A stretch of 61,333 nucleotides of DNA from a virus. Lineage: Duplodnaviria; Caudoviricetes. The stretch's first letter is position 1, and each line of letters starts with the position of its first letter. Positions 24,564 to 34,659 of this stretch are shown here, piece by piece. The position numbers and the translations under genes were made by a program. A model generated the notes under the pieces. That model saw nothing but the letters and a program-made list of their open reading frames with translations. It made no database searches and had not been told where the DNA came from. Where the stretch lies: IMG/VR virus record IMGVR_UViG_3300005529_000039, positions 1-61,333 of that record. One strand, written 5' to 3'.

Positions 24564-27011
24564 ATGAAGACACTAACTCGTCTTGTCCGGGTTGCAATGC
24601 TCTTGCTGTGCGCATCCGCCTTAGCGCAGAACAACAGTCTGCTGATTCAGATCCAGAATGGCGGATCGAATATTGGCACGTTCAAGAAGTACCTGGTGTT
24701 CAACTGCGGTACCAACACCAGTTGCAGCGCCAGCGGATCAACGGTGACCATCACCGCCTCTTCAACCGCATCGACCGCATTCAGCGGCATTACCGCCAGC
24801 GCCAACTCCAACCTTGGAACCTTTTCCGCCTCGGGCAATACCTGGGACTTCAGTGCCGCCGTGGCTCTCAAGGTGCCAGTAGCGGTTGGCGCCGCACCTA
24901 CTGCCGACGGATTGATTGCGGTGAATTCGACCACCCATCTCCCAGTCTTTGGTTCGAATGGCGGGACTCTGATTTACCCTGCAAGCTTCACTGCGGCCGC
25001 GCATAATTTCGTAACTGGCTTCACCAACACCACAGGAGTCTTTGCTACCGCGCAGCCCGCCTGCGGCGACCTTTCGAATCCTGCGCCTAGCTGCTCAATC
25101 GACGCGACCAATGCCGCGAATATATCAAGCGGCATTTTGCCAGCTGGACGCTTACCGAATCCCTCGGCGACGACCTTGGGCGGCATCGAATCACTGGTTG
25201 CAACTTCTCATCTGTGGATCAACGCAATCTCAACTTCTGGCGTTCCTTCGGCGACCCAGCCTAGCTGTGGCGATCTATCAAACGCTAGTGGTGGCTGCTC
25301 TATGTCAACCACGGCAGGCGGCGATCTAAGCGGAACCTTGCCCAGTCCAACCGTGGCGGCAATCAATGGCAATTCAGTACCCTCGGGCGCGGTGGCGGAC
25401 CAGATTTTAATCGGCACCGCGGCAAATACCCTTGGCTGGAAGACTCTCTCTAACTGTACAGGCGGAGCTTCGGCGGTTAGCTATGCCACGGCAACCCATG
25501 CACCGGGCTGCCTGGCTAATATCCTCACCGCATCCCTGACCTCAACGCGCATTCCATTCAGCAATGGAGCGAATTCGCTTACCGACAGCGCCAACCTCAC
25601 CTTTGCGGCAGCTTCCGGGATCAGCGAAATTCAAGGCGCAAACAATGCGGACATGTTCTACGCCAAGCGAAACACGGATACTACGCCAGGCGGAAACTTC
25701 TTTCACTTCCAAGATGCAGGCGCGTTGAATGATCTGTTCAAAGTAGACGTTCTTGGCAACGTCACAGCCTCGTCCTATCAAACTTCAAACCCATCAGGCA
25801 ATGCCGGCATGGTGTCGCTGATTCAAGGCACCGCTCCAAGCGCAGTAGCCAACGCGATTAACGTCCTAGCGCCAGCCTCAGTTACGACGTACACACTGAC
25901 CTTGCCAGGAAGCGTTGGTGCTGGACTATGGCGAAATAGTTCTGGTGGCACGGTTACCTTCGCCGAGCTCTCCGGGGATTGTGCGACGTCAGGCAGCAAC
26001 CTGGTGACCTGCACAAAAGTCAATAGTGTGGCCTTCCCGACGACCGGAGCAAGCTTTGATGCCTTGCCGATTTTAACCGCGTCGAACACGATTGGTTATT
26101 TCCAGATCAACGGCGGAGCGAACTGCGGGGATGCGACTCATGCCCTCAACTACAACCAAACTACCCACCTATTCGGTTGTCAGGCAATCACTGCTGCCGC
26201 TCCTGGTGCTGGCGGCTTAAACACACAGGTTCAGTTCAACTCCGGCGGTGGACTTGCTGGCAGCGCCAATCTCACTTGGGTTTCTCCGGTACTTACGATT
26301 GGAGCATCTGGAGTAACGGGCCAGCTTTCAGTAGCGGGCAGCACTTCTGGCGCAACTGCCCTGCAAGCCTCACCTGCGGCCTCAGGGACCCTTACCCTTC
26401 CGGCCGCAACCGACACGTTAATCGGTAAAGCCACCACCGACACCTTGACCAATAAGACCTTCGACACCGCTGGAACCGGAAACAGTTTCAAGATCAACGG
26501 AACAGCGGTCTCGGCGGTGACCGGATCTGGCTCAGCAGTGCTTGCGACCTCGCCGACGCTAATCACTCCGAATCTAGGGACACCATCGGCGGTGACGCTC
26601 ACTAATGCTACTGGACTGCCTGACTCCGCGCTTACAACCACGATCAAGACTCGCTCTTGCGAAATCGTCTGGGGCGGGACGGGAACGTCAAACGCCCTGC
26701 AATCGGGCGACGACACCATAGCGAACAACTCTTGCTACAACAAGACTGGAGTCACGGAAACAATTACCGCCGTCTACTGCAAAAGCGATGCGGCCTCAAA
26801 TACTACGACCGTCAATCCCACCTTCGGAAGTGCCGGCACGGGAACCACGATTCTTTCAGCCGCACTAACCTGCGGATCGAGCGAAGCCTATAGCGCAACT
26901 GGAACCGTATCCAGCGGGAGCTTGACTGACGGAAGCGGTATTGATCCGGTTATGGGCGGGACTCTGACCGGCCACGATATTCATCTCTTGGTGGTCTACA
27001 CGCTGCCATGA
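24564..27011 (+). CDS. Tail-fibre-like protein with signal peptide
   Basis: ASALA-Q. Fibre motifs NAANISSG.LP..RLP, AGGDLSGTLPSPTV, PGG.NTQVQFN..G, TDTLTNKT, GSGSAVLATSPTL.TP.LGTPS. Confidence 0.85.
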   Translation: MKTLTRLVRVAMLLLCASALAQNNSLLIQIQNGGSNIGTFKKYLVFNCGTNTSCSASGSTVTITASSTASTAFSGITASANSNLGTFSASGNTWDFSAAVALKVPVAVGAAPTADGLIAVNSTTHLPVFGSNGGTLIYPASFTAAAHNFVTGFTNTTGVFATAQPACGDLSNPAPSCSIDATNAANISSGILPAGRLPNPSATTLGGIESLVATSHLWINAISTSGVPSATQPSCGDLSNASGGCSMSTTAGGDLSGTLPSPTVAAINGNSVPSGAVADQILIGTAANTLGWKTLSNCTGGASAVSYATATHAPGCLANILTASLTSTRIPFSNGANSLTDSANLTFAAASGISEIQGANNADMFYAKRNTDTTPGGNFFHFQDAGALNDLFKVDVLGNVTASSYQTSNPSGNAGMVSLIQGTAPSAVANAINVLAPASVTTYTLTLPGSVGAGLWRNSSGGTVTFAELSGDCATSGSNLVTCTKVNSVAFPTTGASFDALPILTASNTIGYFQINGGANCGDATHALNYNQTTHLFGCQAITAAAPGAGGLNTQVQFNSGGGLAGSANLTWVSPVLTIGASGVTGQLSVAGSTSGATALQASPAASGTLTLPAATDTLIGKATTDTLTNKTFDTAGTGNSFKINGTAVSAVTGSGSAVLATSPTLITPNLGTPSAVTLTNATGLPDSALTTTIKTRSCEIVWGGTGTSNALQSGDDTIANNSCYNKTGVTETITAVYCKSDAASNTTTVNPTFGSAGTGTTILSAALTCGSSEAYSATGTVSSGSLTDGSGIDPVMGGTLTGHDIHLLVVYTLP

Positions 27012-28276
27012 AAACTCTCCTTGCAATTTTGCTGCTGAGCCTGGCGGCATCGGCAACCATCACCGACTCACAGCATCCGGCTGGTGTCACAAACAGCAGT
27101 TCTACGACTTGCACCGTGACCGTCACGGCTACAGGTACGGGAGCAAATATTCTTCTGATCTACAAAATCGCTGCCGATGCAGCTAAGACGCTAGCCAGCG
27201 TCAGCGGCGGCGGTACATGGACGCTGTGCGGGGCTAATTGCAACGCGACCAACGCCACCGCCGGTTCCACGAATATGGCCTATTTGATAGGCCCGACCGC
27301 ATCAGTTACGAGCATTACCGGAACCCTCAATTCTTCAAGCAGCACTTTGGCCTGTTGGGCGGAGAAGTACACAACCGATCAGACCACGTTTACGGTTGAA
27401 ACCACCAGTTCATCGAACAACAAGGTAGACACGAGTTGCACGACAGCCTGCGCTTCGGCCAGCATCACCATCACCGGAGCGAACGATGTTGTTACTTCGG
27501 TTGCATCTTGCGGTGCCACCTGCTCGGGAACGATTACGGGATTTAACGCCTTGTACGCCGGCGGCGACGGTTCTGCGCGGCAGATCAACATCACATCCAG
27601 CTCATTTAACTGGAACCAGTCGCCATCATCGTCTCTATCAACGGCCTCACTTGCTTTCTTTGATGTGGCGGGCAGTGGCGGCGGAACGGTGCGTCACCGC
27701 GCCCAGGTCATCCAATCACGCTTGCTTTACCCACGTATCGGGATAGAGCTTCGGGACATGATGCCCTTCGATATAGGGGAGACATTCATAGCCTCGGGAT
27801 TCAAAGACTTGTTGCATCCATGGCGGAGTTCCGCTGTACGGGCAGATCACGATTCTAGCTTCGGGCACGGCCAGACTTTCAACCGAACGCAGCCAGCGAT
27901 TCAATCCAAGTCTCCCCGTGAAGCGAAGATAGTTGCCTTTGAAGCTGATCGCACCGCGCGACCAAATCAGATTGTAGTGAGCCTTCGGCAAACGTCCCAG
28001 AGAAAACAGATGGTTCGCCTTCCATCCCTGAGCGAAAAGTTTCAGCCGATTGTGAGTAAAGAGCCACGGCTCTTTTTCCACGAAGGCGCATTCCTCGGCC
28101 CCAAGTTCGTGCCACACGTCGAGCGAGTCCCCGTATCCCGGCCCAATGTCCAAACACTTCATTCGGTAGAGATGCTTGATTCCGAGCTTCGCCAGGAGGC
28201 AGACCATTTCCCGGCGCTTGGCCTCGGAGTAGCGGCTGTAAAAGAGAAATTCCTTCGGCTTGTAGACTTCGACTAA
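27008..28276 (+). CDS. Exported Cys/Thr-rich protein. The C-terminal ~185 aa is the antisense shadow of a methyltransferase gene.
   Basis: Signal peptide. Composition switches abruptly after RHRAQVIQS (~27720). Confidence 0.7.
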   Translation: MKTLLAILLLSLAASATITDSQHPAGVTNSSSTTCTVTVTATGTGANILLIYKIAADAAKTLASVSGGGTWTLCGANCNATNATAGSTNMAYLIGPTASVTSITGTLNSSSSTLACWAEKYTTDQTTFTVETTSSSNNKVDTSCTTACASASITITGANDVVTSVASCGATCSGTITGFNALYAGGDGSARQINITSSSFNWNQSPSSSLSTASLAFFDVAGSGGGTVRHRAQVIQSRLLYPRIGIELRDMMPFDIGETFIASGFKDLLHPWRSSAVRADHDSSFGHGQTFNRTQPAIQSKSPREAKIVAFEADRTARPNQIVVSLRQTSQRKQMVRLPSLSEKFQPIVSKEPRLFFHEGAFLGPKFVPHVERVPVSRPNVQTLHSVEMLDSELRQEADHFPALGLGVAAVKEKFLRLVDFD

Positions 28277-28324
28277 TCGCTGCAATTCCGCCTGAGAACT
28301 TGCATGTTTCAATTCCGCAATCAT
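27716..28324 (-). CDS. Class I SAM-dependent methyltransferase (antisense moron)
   Basis: CLDIGPGYG..FVEKEP..YNLIWSRG, with an upstream extended -10 TGATATTGT. Confidence 0.75.
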   Translation of the reverse strand: MIAELKHASSQAELQRLVEVYKPKEFLFYSRYSEAKRREMVCLLAKLGIKHLYRMKCLDIGPGYGDSLDVWHELGAEECAFVEKEPWLFTHNRLKLFAQGWKANHLFSLGRLPKAHYNLIWSRGAISFKGNYLRFTGRLGLNRWLRSVESLAVPEARIVICPYSGTPPWMQQVFESRGYECLPYIEGHHVPKLYPDTWVKQA

Positions 28325-30460
28325 AATTCGCGGCACAATATCACACGCCTATTAGTCTGGCTAGGGGCCATTCTTCTCTCACCGCAAGCCTTTGCGGCCA
28401 ATCACTTCGTGAGGGCCGGGGCGACGGGAACTGGCTCTGGAGCGGACTGGACAAATGCCTGCACGGGATTCACCGGATCGTGCGCGGTTGCGTCGCTCGT
28501 TCGCGGTGATACCTATTACGTTGCTACAGGCACCTATTCAACCAGCACGTTCAGCACAGCGACCTCGGGAACGCTGGTAATCACCATTAAAGGAGCGACG
28601 GTCGCGGATCACGGTACAGATACAGGTTGGAGCAGTGCATTCTCCGTCGATCACCTAACTGATGGTGGAACACAGGCAACGTTTTCTGGCGTTCCAATTA
28701 CGTTCTCCACTTCTCATTGGGTATTTGACGGCAATACCAGCACTACCCTGTGGGATCAGACCTGCGCCGACTATGGGTTTGCCTTTTCAACAAACGATTC
28801 AAACGTGATTTTTGGGACAGGTGTAGGCAGTACGTTCACCGATTTTACAGTTAGAAATACTTGCGGCAACGCAGTCACAACCGACACGCAAAAAGAAAAA
28901 TTTCAGACGTGCGTTCAGTGCGGTGCTGTGAGCAACGTTACGATCAGCCACAATTTAGGAACTGGGTGGCAAGGCTGGGTATTTTTGAAGTCGAATGGGA
29001 TCGGGGCTACAGACTCTAACTGGGTATTTGAGTACAACGTTGATCTAGAGCAATTTTCCTCAGCTAACAATCACGCCGAAATGATTGACCCCGACTCTGC
29101 GGCAGCCAGCGGCATGATCGTCCGCTACAACCTAGTGTACGGTTACAGCGGCCCAGGTGGCCAATTAAACAACAACTGCGTCTCAAACGGCGGAACAGGG
29201 ATTATTGTTGCGAATAACTCAAACAACTCAAACAGCCTGATTTACGGCAACGTATTCGACACTATCTGCGTCGGCGCGGTCGTGATCGGTGGTACAAGTC
29301 CGGCCACCATGAGCAATGCGTCAATCTTCAACAACGTGTTCGCAAACTATCAAAGCGGTAGTGCCTCGATTTTCTGTTCAGATACAAATTGCTCAGGGCT
29401 AGTTGCCGAAAACAATCTAATCTACAACTATCAGAACTGCAATGGAGCAGGAAGCCCAGCTTGCGTGGTCGGCGGTGCCGGTATCACCACGGATTTCAAC
29501 GCGTATTATTCTTCCAATAACACGCCGACTGAGGCGCACGGGCAGACGGCCACAGGCAATCCATTTGTAAACTCGGCGGCATTCAACTATAACCTGCTCG
29601 CCGATACGAGCGCAGGCCTTACGCTCACTGGACCTACAGGGTGCACGGCGAATGTGAATTGCTACAATGTTGACGCTGGTGGAACCCTTCGCGCAGCCAA
29701 CGGCACGTGGGATCGTGGGGCCTTGCAGATCGCCGCTACTGGAACCCCAGCCGTAAGTCTATTGCCAGCTAGCGTAAATTGCGGCAGCCAGAATACCGGC
29801 AATACCATATCCTGCACCGCTGTGACCTTGACCAACACAGGCACCGCCTTACTGACAATCTCTGGCATCTCGATCACTGGCACCAACCCGGCGGACTTCT
29901 CGCAAATCAACACCTGCGGAGCAACCTTAGCGCAAAATGCTTCCTGCACCATCACCCCAAGCTTCACTCCGTCAGCCACCGGAGCGCGTTCCGCCAATAT
30001 TTCTGTCACTGATAATGCAGCAGGCAGCCCGCAGACGGTAGCTCTTACAGGGACCGGAACTTCAAGCGGATCGCCAGTAGCCAGCCTCTCCCCAGCAACC
30101 ATCAACTTTGGCACGGTCAACGTCAATACCAGCAGCGCATCGGTTCCCGTAACCCTGAGCAACACCGGCACCGCCGTGATGGGCATCACGTCGATTTCGC
30201 TCACCGGTACCAATCCCACTGACTTTGGACAGATCAACAACTGCCCCGTAGGAAGTAACTTGGGTGCAGGTTCAAGCTGCACCATTACCGTCACGTTTAC
30301 TCCACTGACCAGCGGCGCGCGCTCAGCCACATTGAGTGTCGTCGACAGCGCCACCGGAAGTCCGCACACTACTACGCTATCTGGAACGGGACTCCAGCCG
30401 TCGTTTGCCTCCCAGGTCAATGGCGGAGTAAAGCTTTCGGGCAAAACTGTAATTCATTAG
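28304..30460 (+). CDS. Exported beta-helix protein with two choice-of-anchor-D/ASH-like Ig domains
   Basis: PQAFA-A signal, Asn-rich IVRYN/IYGNVF/IFNNVF repeats, two VTL.NTGTA...I..I.GTNP.DF.Q.N.C repeats. Confidence 0.85.
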   Translation: MFQFRNHNSRHNITRLLVWLGAILLSPQAFAANHFVRAGATGTGSGADWTNACTGFTGSCAVASLVRGDTYYVATGTYSTSTFSTATSGTLVITIKGATVADHGTDTGWSSAFSVDHLTDGGTQATFSGVPITFSTSHWVFDGNTSTTLWDQTCADYGFAFSTNDSNVIFGTGVGSTFTDFTVRNTCGNAVTTDTQKEKFQTCVQCGAVSNVTISHNLGTGWQGWVFLKSNGIGATDSNWVFEYNVDLEQFSSANNHAEMIDPDSAAASGMIVRYNLVYGYSGPGGQLNNNCVSNGGTGIIVANNSNNSNSLIYGNVFDTICVGAVVIGGTSPATMSNASIFNNVFANYQSGSASIFCSDTNCSGLVAENNLIYNYQNCNGAGSPACVVGGAGITTDFNAYYSSNNTPTEAHGQTATGNPFVNSAAFNYNLLADTSAGLTLTGPTGCTANVNCYNVDAGGTLRAANGTWDRGALQIAATGTPAVSLLPASVNCGSQNTGNTISCTAVTLTNTGTALLTISGISITGTNPADFSQINTCGATLAQNASCTITPSFTPSATGARSANISVTDNAAGSPQTVALTGTGTSSGSPVASLSPATINFGTVNVNTSSASVPVTLSNTGTAVMGITSISLTGTNPTDFGQINNCPVGSNLGAGSSCTITVTFTPLTSGARSATLSVVDSATGSPHTTTLSGTGLQPSFASQVNGGVKLSGKTVIH

Positions 30461-30506
30461 CAGTCGGGCTTCATCACACTTTCACTTACAAGGAAAACAC
30501 TCGAAA

Positions 30507-30845
30507 ATGAAACACACCATTCTGTTCGCGGCGCTAGTTGCAGTTGTCACTCTCACCATTCCCAACCTATTCGCCGAAGAAGCTAAGGCCCCAAAGGCTA
30601 GCGCTGAGCAAAAGGTCATTCTACTCACCGCTGAACGCGACTACTTACTGGCCATGCAGCAGGCACAACAGGCACAGGCTGCGGTCCAACAGACGCTCGC
30701 GGATTTCCAAGCGAAAGAGGCCAAGGTACTGAAAGACGTCGGCGCCGATCCCGAGAGGTGGGACTTCAACGTGAACACCATGGAGTTTGTGGCGAAGCCC
30801 AAGCCCGAACCTAAGCCGACAGAAAAGCCAGCTGAAAAGAAGTGA
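30507..30845 (+). CDS. Small exported coiled-coil protein (possible fibre chaperone)
   Basis: AAGGA RBS, signal peptide, Q/A coiled coil. Confidence 0.75.
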   Translation: MKHTILFAALVAVVTLTIPNLFAEEAKAPKASAEQKVILLTAERDYLLAMQQAQQAQAAVQQTLADFQAKEAKVLKDVGADPERWDFNVNTMEFVAKPKPEPKPTEKPAEKK

Positions 30846-31021
30846 GAATCCATTTTGCCGACGAATCTGCTACCGGCAGATGCACGGAAGTTTGCAAACG
30901 CGCGATCGGAGATCGAGAGCATTGCAGGTGCATCTGCCGAGGGAAGAACCACGGCATGTATCAGCGCCGGAAACAACCATCGCTGCCCTTTGAGCAGCCG
31001 ATTGACTGGAAATTGAGATGA
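30842..31021 (+). CDS. 59 aa Cys/His protein
   Basis: GRCTEVC..HCRCICRGKNHG, with 4-nt overlaps on both sides. Confidence 0.65.
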   Translation: MRIHFADESATGRCTEVCKRAIGDREHCRCICRGKNHGMYQRRKQPSLPFEQPIDWKLR

Positions 31022-31467
31022 GATGGCCCTGGACATCGCGCGAACGCCTGGCCGACGCGCAAAAAGAAATCGCCGAGCTCAAGAGTGAAGTGCGCGAACT
31101 GCGCGCCAAGAACGAAAAACTCACTAACCAGATCGTGTGGCGGCACTCAAACATTGCGCTTGATCCGGACTTACTCCCGGAGCAGTACCGGCCAAAAGCC
31201 ACCGCGACCGGCGATCTGGCGATTCCGACGAATGACACACAACGCCAGGTCGGAACTGAAGTAGTAGGAAGCGGCCCGATGCGGCTGCGGGCGACGATTC
31301 GCAAACGCGAGGCCGAAGCGGAAGCTGACTTCATTCGCCAGACCACCGGCATCAGCACCGTGCCGGTAACTGAAACCCCAGCCGACCGCAAAGCAAAAGT
31401 TGAGTTGCTTTCGAAGTTAAACACCGCGGCCAATGAAGGCGTGGAAGCGGCGAAGCAGAGCGCATAA
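31018..31467 (+). CDS. Coiled-coil hypothetical protein
   Basis: Operonic ORF. Confidence 0.75.
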   Translation: MRWPWTSRERLADAQKEIAELKSEVRELRAKNEKLTNQIVWRHSNIALDPDLLPEQYRPKATATGDLAIPTNDTQRQVGTEVVGSGPMRLRATIRKREAEAEADFIRQTTGISTVPVTETPADRKAKVELLSKLNTAANEGVEAAKQSA

Positions 31468-31477
31468 GGAGGAATTG

Positions 31478-31771
31478 ATGTCTAAGAAAGGCAAGCTCCG
31501 GCATATCCATATCGAAGCCAACACCGACGGCACCGCGCATATCAAGGTACACCGCGCGCCGACTCCGAGTTCGACCAAAGAAGCGATGCCCTACGACTAC
31601 GAAGGCAACGACGAGTCGATGAGCGGAACCCCGGAAGAAGCAGGCGCACACGTTACTCGCATCCTGAAAGACCACTTCGGAAAATCCGGCAAAGCGGCAA
31701 ATTCCGATGACGATGCCGACGACAAACCTCAGCCCATGAAAAGAGCCTTCGGGAGACCGTACTCGAAGTAA
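31478..31771 (+). CDS. Small protein with C-terminal QPMKRAFGRP
   Basis: AAGGAGG RBS, directly before the portal. Confidence 0.75.
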   Translation: MSKKGKLRHIHIEANTDGTAHIKVHRAPTPSSTKEAMPYDYEGNDESMSGTPEEAGAHVTRILKDHFGKSGKAANSDDDADDKPQPMKRAFGRPYSK

Positions 31772-34264
31772 ATGGGCGCATTGCAGACATTCGGCCAGCC
31801 CTCGGCTGGCGAAATGCAGCAGCAGTCAGATCAGCGAGTCGAAACCTCCGCCTCAACTCCAGCGGTCGGCACGATCGAAGACCGCAAAAAGCAGTTCTTC
31901 AAAAGGGAAGACTACAAGCAACTGGAATCGAACCTGATTCAGTGCTGGCGTCTGCATCTTGATGACTGGGCGGTGCCACGACGGCTGTGGCTGCGGGAAA
32001 CTCTACGTGCCATCGAGTACGACAAAGGCAACCAGTACATTGCCTGGGATCCATTTACCTGCGCGTTCTACAACCCATTCGCGCAAACTGGAATGCCCGG
32101 TCAGCCAGAAGGCACCGAACAGAGCGGACAGAACGAAGCCAATCTTTATCAGTGCGCAACGAACGTCATCAATTGGCTGCGAAGAGTGTGGACCTCAACC
32201 TTGGGCGCTTCCGTTCCTGATGTCGAGTGGTGGCCAGGAGATTCAAAGAGCGATCTCGACAACCGGGCGGCGGTCGCTCGGGGACGCGCTTACCGGAAAA
32301 TTGCCTCCGAGAACCACGACAAAGACCAGCTCGAGCAGGCGCTCGATTACCTGTTCCTCACCGGTTCCTACTTCCGTCACACGCGCTACTCGATGGATCA
32401 GAACATCACTGGAACCCATCGCGAGCCGATCATGGGATGGGGCAAGAAGACCGTCGCGCCAGACCGCTACAGTTGTCCCGACTGTGGAACCGACAACCCG
32501 GCGAACTTGCAAAACATGGCGCAGGGTGGAACTCAGTGCATGACCTGCGGCAAGCCGCTCGGGTCGGCCAATTTTTTCCCCGCAACCGAACTTGACATGC
32601 CAATCATTACCGACTGGCGCGAAGTCCCAAACGGGCAAGTACGCTGGGACTTCTATAATGGCTTGAATGTGGAAGTGATGCCGCAGGCGAACACCAACGG
32701 CGGCGGAGTAATCGCCAACTCTCCGCTCTTGGATTTGTCGGTCGACATCACCAAAGGCGCGTTCCGCCGGATGTATCCCGGGGCGTGGGATTTAGCGAAA
32801 GAATCAGCTTCCGATTCCTCGACGCCGGATTCAGAGTTTGCCCGCTTGGCGCGCTGGAGAGTAGCAACCCCAGGATTGGTACGCGGCACCTGGCAGGCAC
32901 AGCACACGCCGACGCTGCACAAAGTCTTTTTCACCCAAGATGCCATTATGGCGCTGGACAAAAAAGACGAAGCCCAGCAATTGGCCGATGTGGTTAAGGA
33001 CGGTTGCGTTGCCGCAATCCTGAATAACAAAATCATCGACATCCAGCCCTGCGTCATGCGCAAGGAATGGACGTGGTGTGGCGCGAAAAAAGGAGTGGGC
33101 GCTTATCCCCCAGCGCCGGTGCGGACCGCGCTCGACTTCCAGGACCGCATCAACGACCGCATGAACGGGGTCGATGAATACCATGACCGCGCTGGCTGCC
33201 CGCCGATTCTGTTCAATCAAACCATTCTCGGCGAAGCCATGAACGGGAAGTTTCTGCCGCCAGGATCATTGCTGGGAATTCCGGTCAATGCGGACGTATC
33301 ACGCAAACTGGAAGATGTTTTCTTTCAGCCACAATTCCACCAGGACAATGGCGTGTATGAGTGGATCGACAAACTCATCATGCTGGTGCAATTGCTGGTG
33401 GGCGCTCTCCCGCAAACCTACGGTGGCTCGGATAAGAACATCAAGACCGCCACCGGACAGGAGCAGGCGCTCAAGGTCGCCATGGGCGTGCTCTGGCTTT
33501 ACTGGAACCAGGTCAGAGACGAATGGGCGCGGGCAGCGAATCTTTCGGTTGACTGCTTTGCCGCGAACGCATCGGATGATGAGTACCACGTCGCGAAAAA
33601 CGACAACTCGCCAGGGTTCCAGAACGAGCCGATTCGCCTAGCTGACCTTTCGGGTAAAGCTGACGCGCGACCGGAAGCCGATCAGGATTATCCGATTGGC
33701 TACGAAAAACAGCGCGAACTCTATAAAGAACTCTTCATGATGGCGAGCGGCAAAGAGCCCAACCCGCTGGTGATGGAAGTTCTCGACACCTTCGAGAATC
33801 GCCGCTTGGCCATGCGCTACCTGGGTCCGCCGGACATGCGCTTGCCGGAAGAACCCTTCCGCGATCCGGTGCTGAGCGACATTGAACGGCTGGTGCAGCC
33901 GGGAGCAAAACCGATTCCGGTTGTAGTGCCTGCGCCGGACCCACAGACCGGACAACCCTGGGTACAGCAAATCCTCAAGCCGACGGTTGAACCTGATCCC
34001 GATTTTTTCAACTTCGATGTTGCCATTGAGACCATCACCGGTTACGTAATGGACAACTATCAGGACTTAAAGGCCAACCCAGACGGGTTTGAGAACCTTC
34101 GTGCCTATTTCAAGTTGGCGGTGCAGTATAAGGCTCAGAAAGAAATTGCCAGTGGCGGCGCTGGGGCACTCTTGACGGCTGGGGCGCCGGGATGGGGCGG
34201 GAAGCTAGGCGAAGCGAAGCCCGGAGCAGGTGGGGCAACGACTCCAACACCTGGCGCGCAATGA
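31772..34264 (+). CDS. Portal protein with Zn-ribbon insertion
   Basis: 830 aa upstream of scaffold and capsid. Podoviral portal pattern (DFQDRIN, KTATG). CPDC..CMTC insert. Confidence 0.8.
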   Translation: MGALQTFGQPSAGEMQQQSDQRVETSASTPAVGTIEDRKKQFFKREDYKQLESNLIQCWRLHLDDWAVPRRLWLRETLRAIEYDKGNQYIAWDPFTCAFYNPFAQTGMPGQPEGTEQSGQNEANLYQCATNVINWLRRVWTSTLGASVPDVEWWPGDSKSDLDNRAAVARGRAYRKIASENHDKDQLEQALDYLFLTGSYFRHTRYSMDQNITGTHREPIMGWGKKTVAPDRYSCPDCGTDNPANLQNMAQGGTQCMTCGKPLGSANFFPATELDMPIITDWREVPNGQVRWDFYNGLNVEVMPQANTNGGGVIANSPLLDLSVDITKGAFRRMYPGAWDLAKESASDSSTPDSEFARLARWRVATPGLVRGTWQAQHTPTLHKVFFTQDAIMALDKKDEAQQLADVVKDGCVAAILNNKIIDIQPCVMRKEWTWCGAKKGVGAYPPAPVRTALDFQDRINDRMNGVDEYHDRAGCPPILFNQTILGEAMNGKFLPPGSLLGIPVNADVSRKLEDVFFQPQFHQDNGVYEWIDKLIMLVQLLVGALPQTYGGSDKNIKTATGQEQALKVAMGVLWLYWNQVRDEWARAANLSVDCFAANASDDEYHVAKNDNSPGFQNEPIRLADLSGKADARPEADQDYPIGYEKQRELYKELFMMASGKEPNPLVMEVLDTFENRRLAMRYLGPPDMRLPEEPFRDPVLSDIERLVQPGAKPIPVVVPAPDPQTGQPWVQQILKPTVEPDPDFFNFDVAIETITGYVMDNYQDLKANPDGFENLRAYFKLAVQYKAQKEIASGGAGALLTAGAPGWGGKLGEAKPGAGGATTPTPGAQ

Positions 34265-34419
34265 ACCACAAGTGGACTTACTGCGGCATCTGCGGCGCGC
34301 CTGGACACTCGGACCGGCAGTGCGCTCTCTATCGGCTAGAAGAACGCAAACAAGCTCTGAGCACAGCACGCAGAGTGTTAAGTGCTGCGCCAGTTTCAAT
34401 CAACGCGAAAGGTAAATAA
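34261..34419 (+). CDS. CCHC zinc-knuckle protein
   Basis: CGICGAPGHSDRQC. Confidence 0.6.
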   Translation: MNHKWTYCGICGAPGHSDRQCALYRLEERKQALSTARRVLSAAPVSINAKGK

Positions 34420-34424
34420 CTGAA

Positions 34425-34586
34425 ATGAACGAAGGACAAGACAAAACCATAACCTGCATGGATTGTGGTGAGGATTTCGTGTTCACCGCAGGCGAGCAGG
34501 ATTTCTACCAGAAAAAGAAATTCAGCGACCCCAAACGTTGTGCCCACTGCCGGCGGATCAAGCGCGAACGTCGCGACGACCGCTAA
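34425..34586 (+). CDS. zf-trcl zinc-ribbon protein (53 aa, not in ORF track)
   Basis: DKTITCMDCGEDFVFTAGEQDFYQKKKFSDPKRCAHCR. Confidence 0.85.
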   Translation: MNEGQDKTITCMDCGEDFVFTAGEQDFYQKKKFSDPKRCAHCRRIKRERRDDR

Positions 34587-34659
34587 CCAAAAAACGAACT
34601 CAGTTTTTCGAACTTCAAATTCGGGCTGAAATCAAGCCCAAGGAAAGGTGTGTCTCAAA

